The notes under the pieces are model-generated. The model made no database searches. It saw only the letters and a list, made by a program, of their open reading frames with translations, and was not told the origin of the DNA. The position numbers and the translations under genes were made by a program. A stretch of 61,019 bases of DNA, the filler included, from Porpidia crustulata (lineage: Eukaryota), in NCBI GenBank assembly GCA_964255105.1. It is 4 parts of 4 records of this genome, joined end to end, with 100 filler letters (N's around TTAATTAATTAA, not from the genome) between each part and the next. Parts side by side here need not be neighbours in the genome. Positions count along the whole stretch, not along the records: positions 45,874 to 61,019 come from CAXUWE010000334.1; 3 more parts are not named here. One strand, written 5' to 3'. Below are positions 60,137 to 61,019 of this stretch, piece by piece. Position 1 is the first letter of the stretch. Each line of letters starts with the position of its first letter.

Positions 60137-61019
60137 ATGGAGTTTGAGGTTTTGTACACCCTAGATAATGAACAGCAGTTTTGGGATGGTGTGTAAGCCA
60201 GCGCCCACGATTTAATCTCCATACCACGCACTTATATTCAAGTCTTAGAACTCGATGATATTGTCTCCGTACATTGCCAGTCACACGATCTTATCGACAA
60301 CGCTCTGCGATCCTACTTGGCCTTTACGGCGCAATACAGAGGTAAGGTGGTCGAGCATTGCTCCATTGCTGGCGTTGACGGCTTTCTACTAGGAGAATAC
60401 CTACATAGCGAAGATGATATCGCTCGCTGCTCCTATAAGCTCCTGGCATCTATCTTGTTCGATACACACAAGGACTATGTTCGGCGACAGATTATATACA
60501 CCCTCCTTCAGGTACGTAGGCAGCTCCCCGACCTCCACTTCGCTGCTAATCTTACCCTCTTAGGAAGACTCTGCAGATACCCTCCACCTTGTCATTACCT
60601 TTCTGCTCCTCGATGGCCGGCAGAATGAGATTACATTCAATATGATGAACGAGGAGGGAGTTTTCCCAAGACTTGTCGAATTGGCTCAAGAGAAGAAAGA
60701 CGACGATGCCGGGCTGCATCGACTGCTGCTGGTATTACTTTACGAGATGTCACGAATACAACGATTACGAATAGAAGATTTAAGTGAGTGTGGGCTATGA
60801 TCTGTTACCCGTCGATGATTCTGATTGGCAATCGCAGTATTAATCGAGGATGAATTCATCATATACATGTTTGAAATGATCGAGGGTCTTTCCTATGATG
60901 TTGACGACCCATATCATTACCCGATCATACGCGTCCTGGTCTGGTGTCTCCCATCCGATTCTGACAGGTCCTTGTCTAATAAAAAATAAATCCAGCTGAT
61001 ACTGAACGAACAATACATG
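60137..61019 (+). CDS. LDB17: Ldb17/SPIN90 family protein, 5' part (runs off the window)
   Basis: MEFEVLYTLDNEQQFWD-ELDDIVS...IDNALRSYL; KDYVRRQIIYTLLQ; LLYEMSRIQRL; DDPYHYPIIRVL-LILNEQYM. Confidence 0.85.

Overview
Gene-dense eukaryotic DNA from a filamentous ascomycete (short GT-AG introns with CTRAC/CTAAY branch sites, Pezizomycotina-type proteins; the exact taxon cannot be read from the sequence). The window is four contigs joined by three artificial 100-bp spacers (N44-TTAATTAATTAA-N44). Housekeeping genes: CSE1, TSC2, HRD1, DBP9, OTU1, NOP56, CCT6, a GH47 mannosidase and the start of LDB17. Accessory content: a frameshifted GH93/BNR glycosidase, an RGS-LOV photoreceptor, DUF3431, MFS, Myb-like, DUF6590-like (8 exons, missed by the ORF track) and DUF7918-like (premature stop) genes. 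Most notable are (i) a small secreted Kex2-processed repeat precursor with an 18-aa core conserved only at the protein level, (ii) a head-to-head PAL plus SAM-methyltransferase pair with an atypical substrate-switch residue, and (iii) small mobile elements: a solo LTR with a 5-bp TSD, a MITE, and two pogo-like mini-elements carrying TTAGGG repeats upstream of housekeeping genes. All family calls are from motif recognition by eye; no searches were run.
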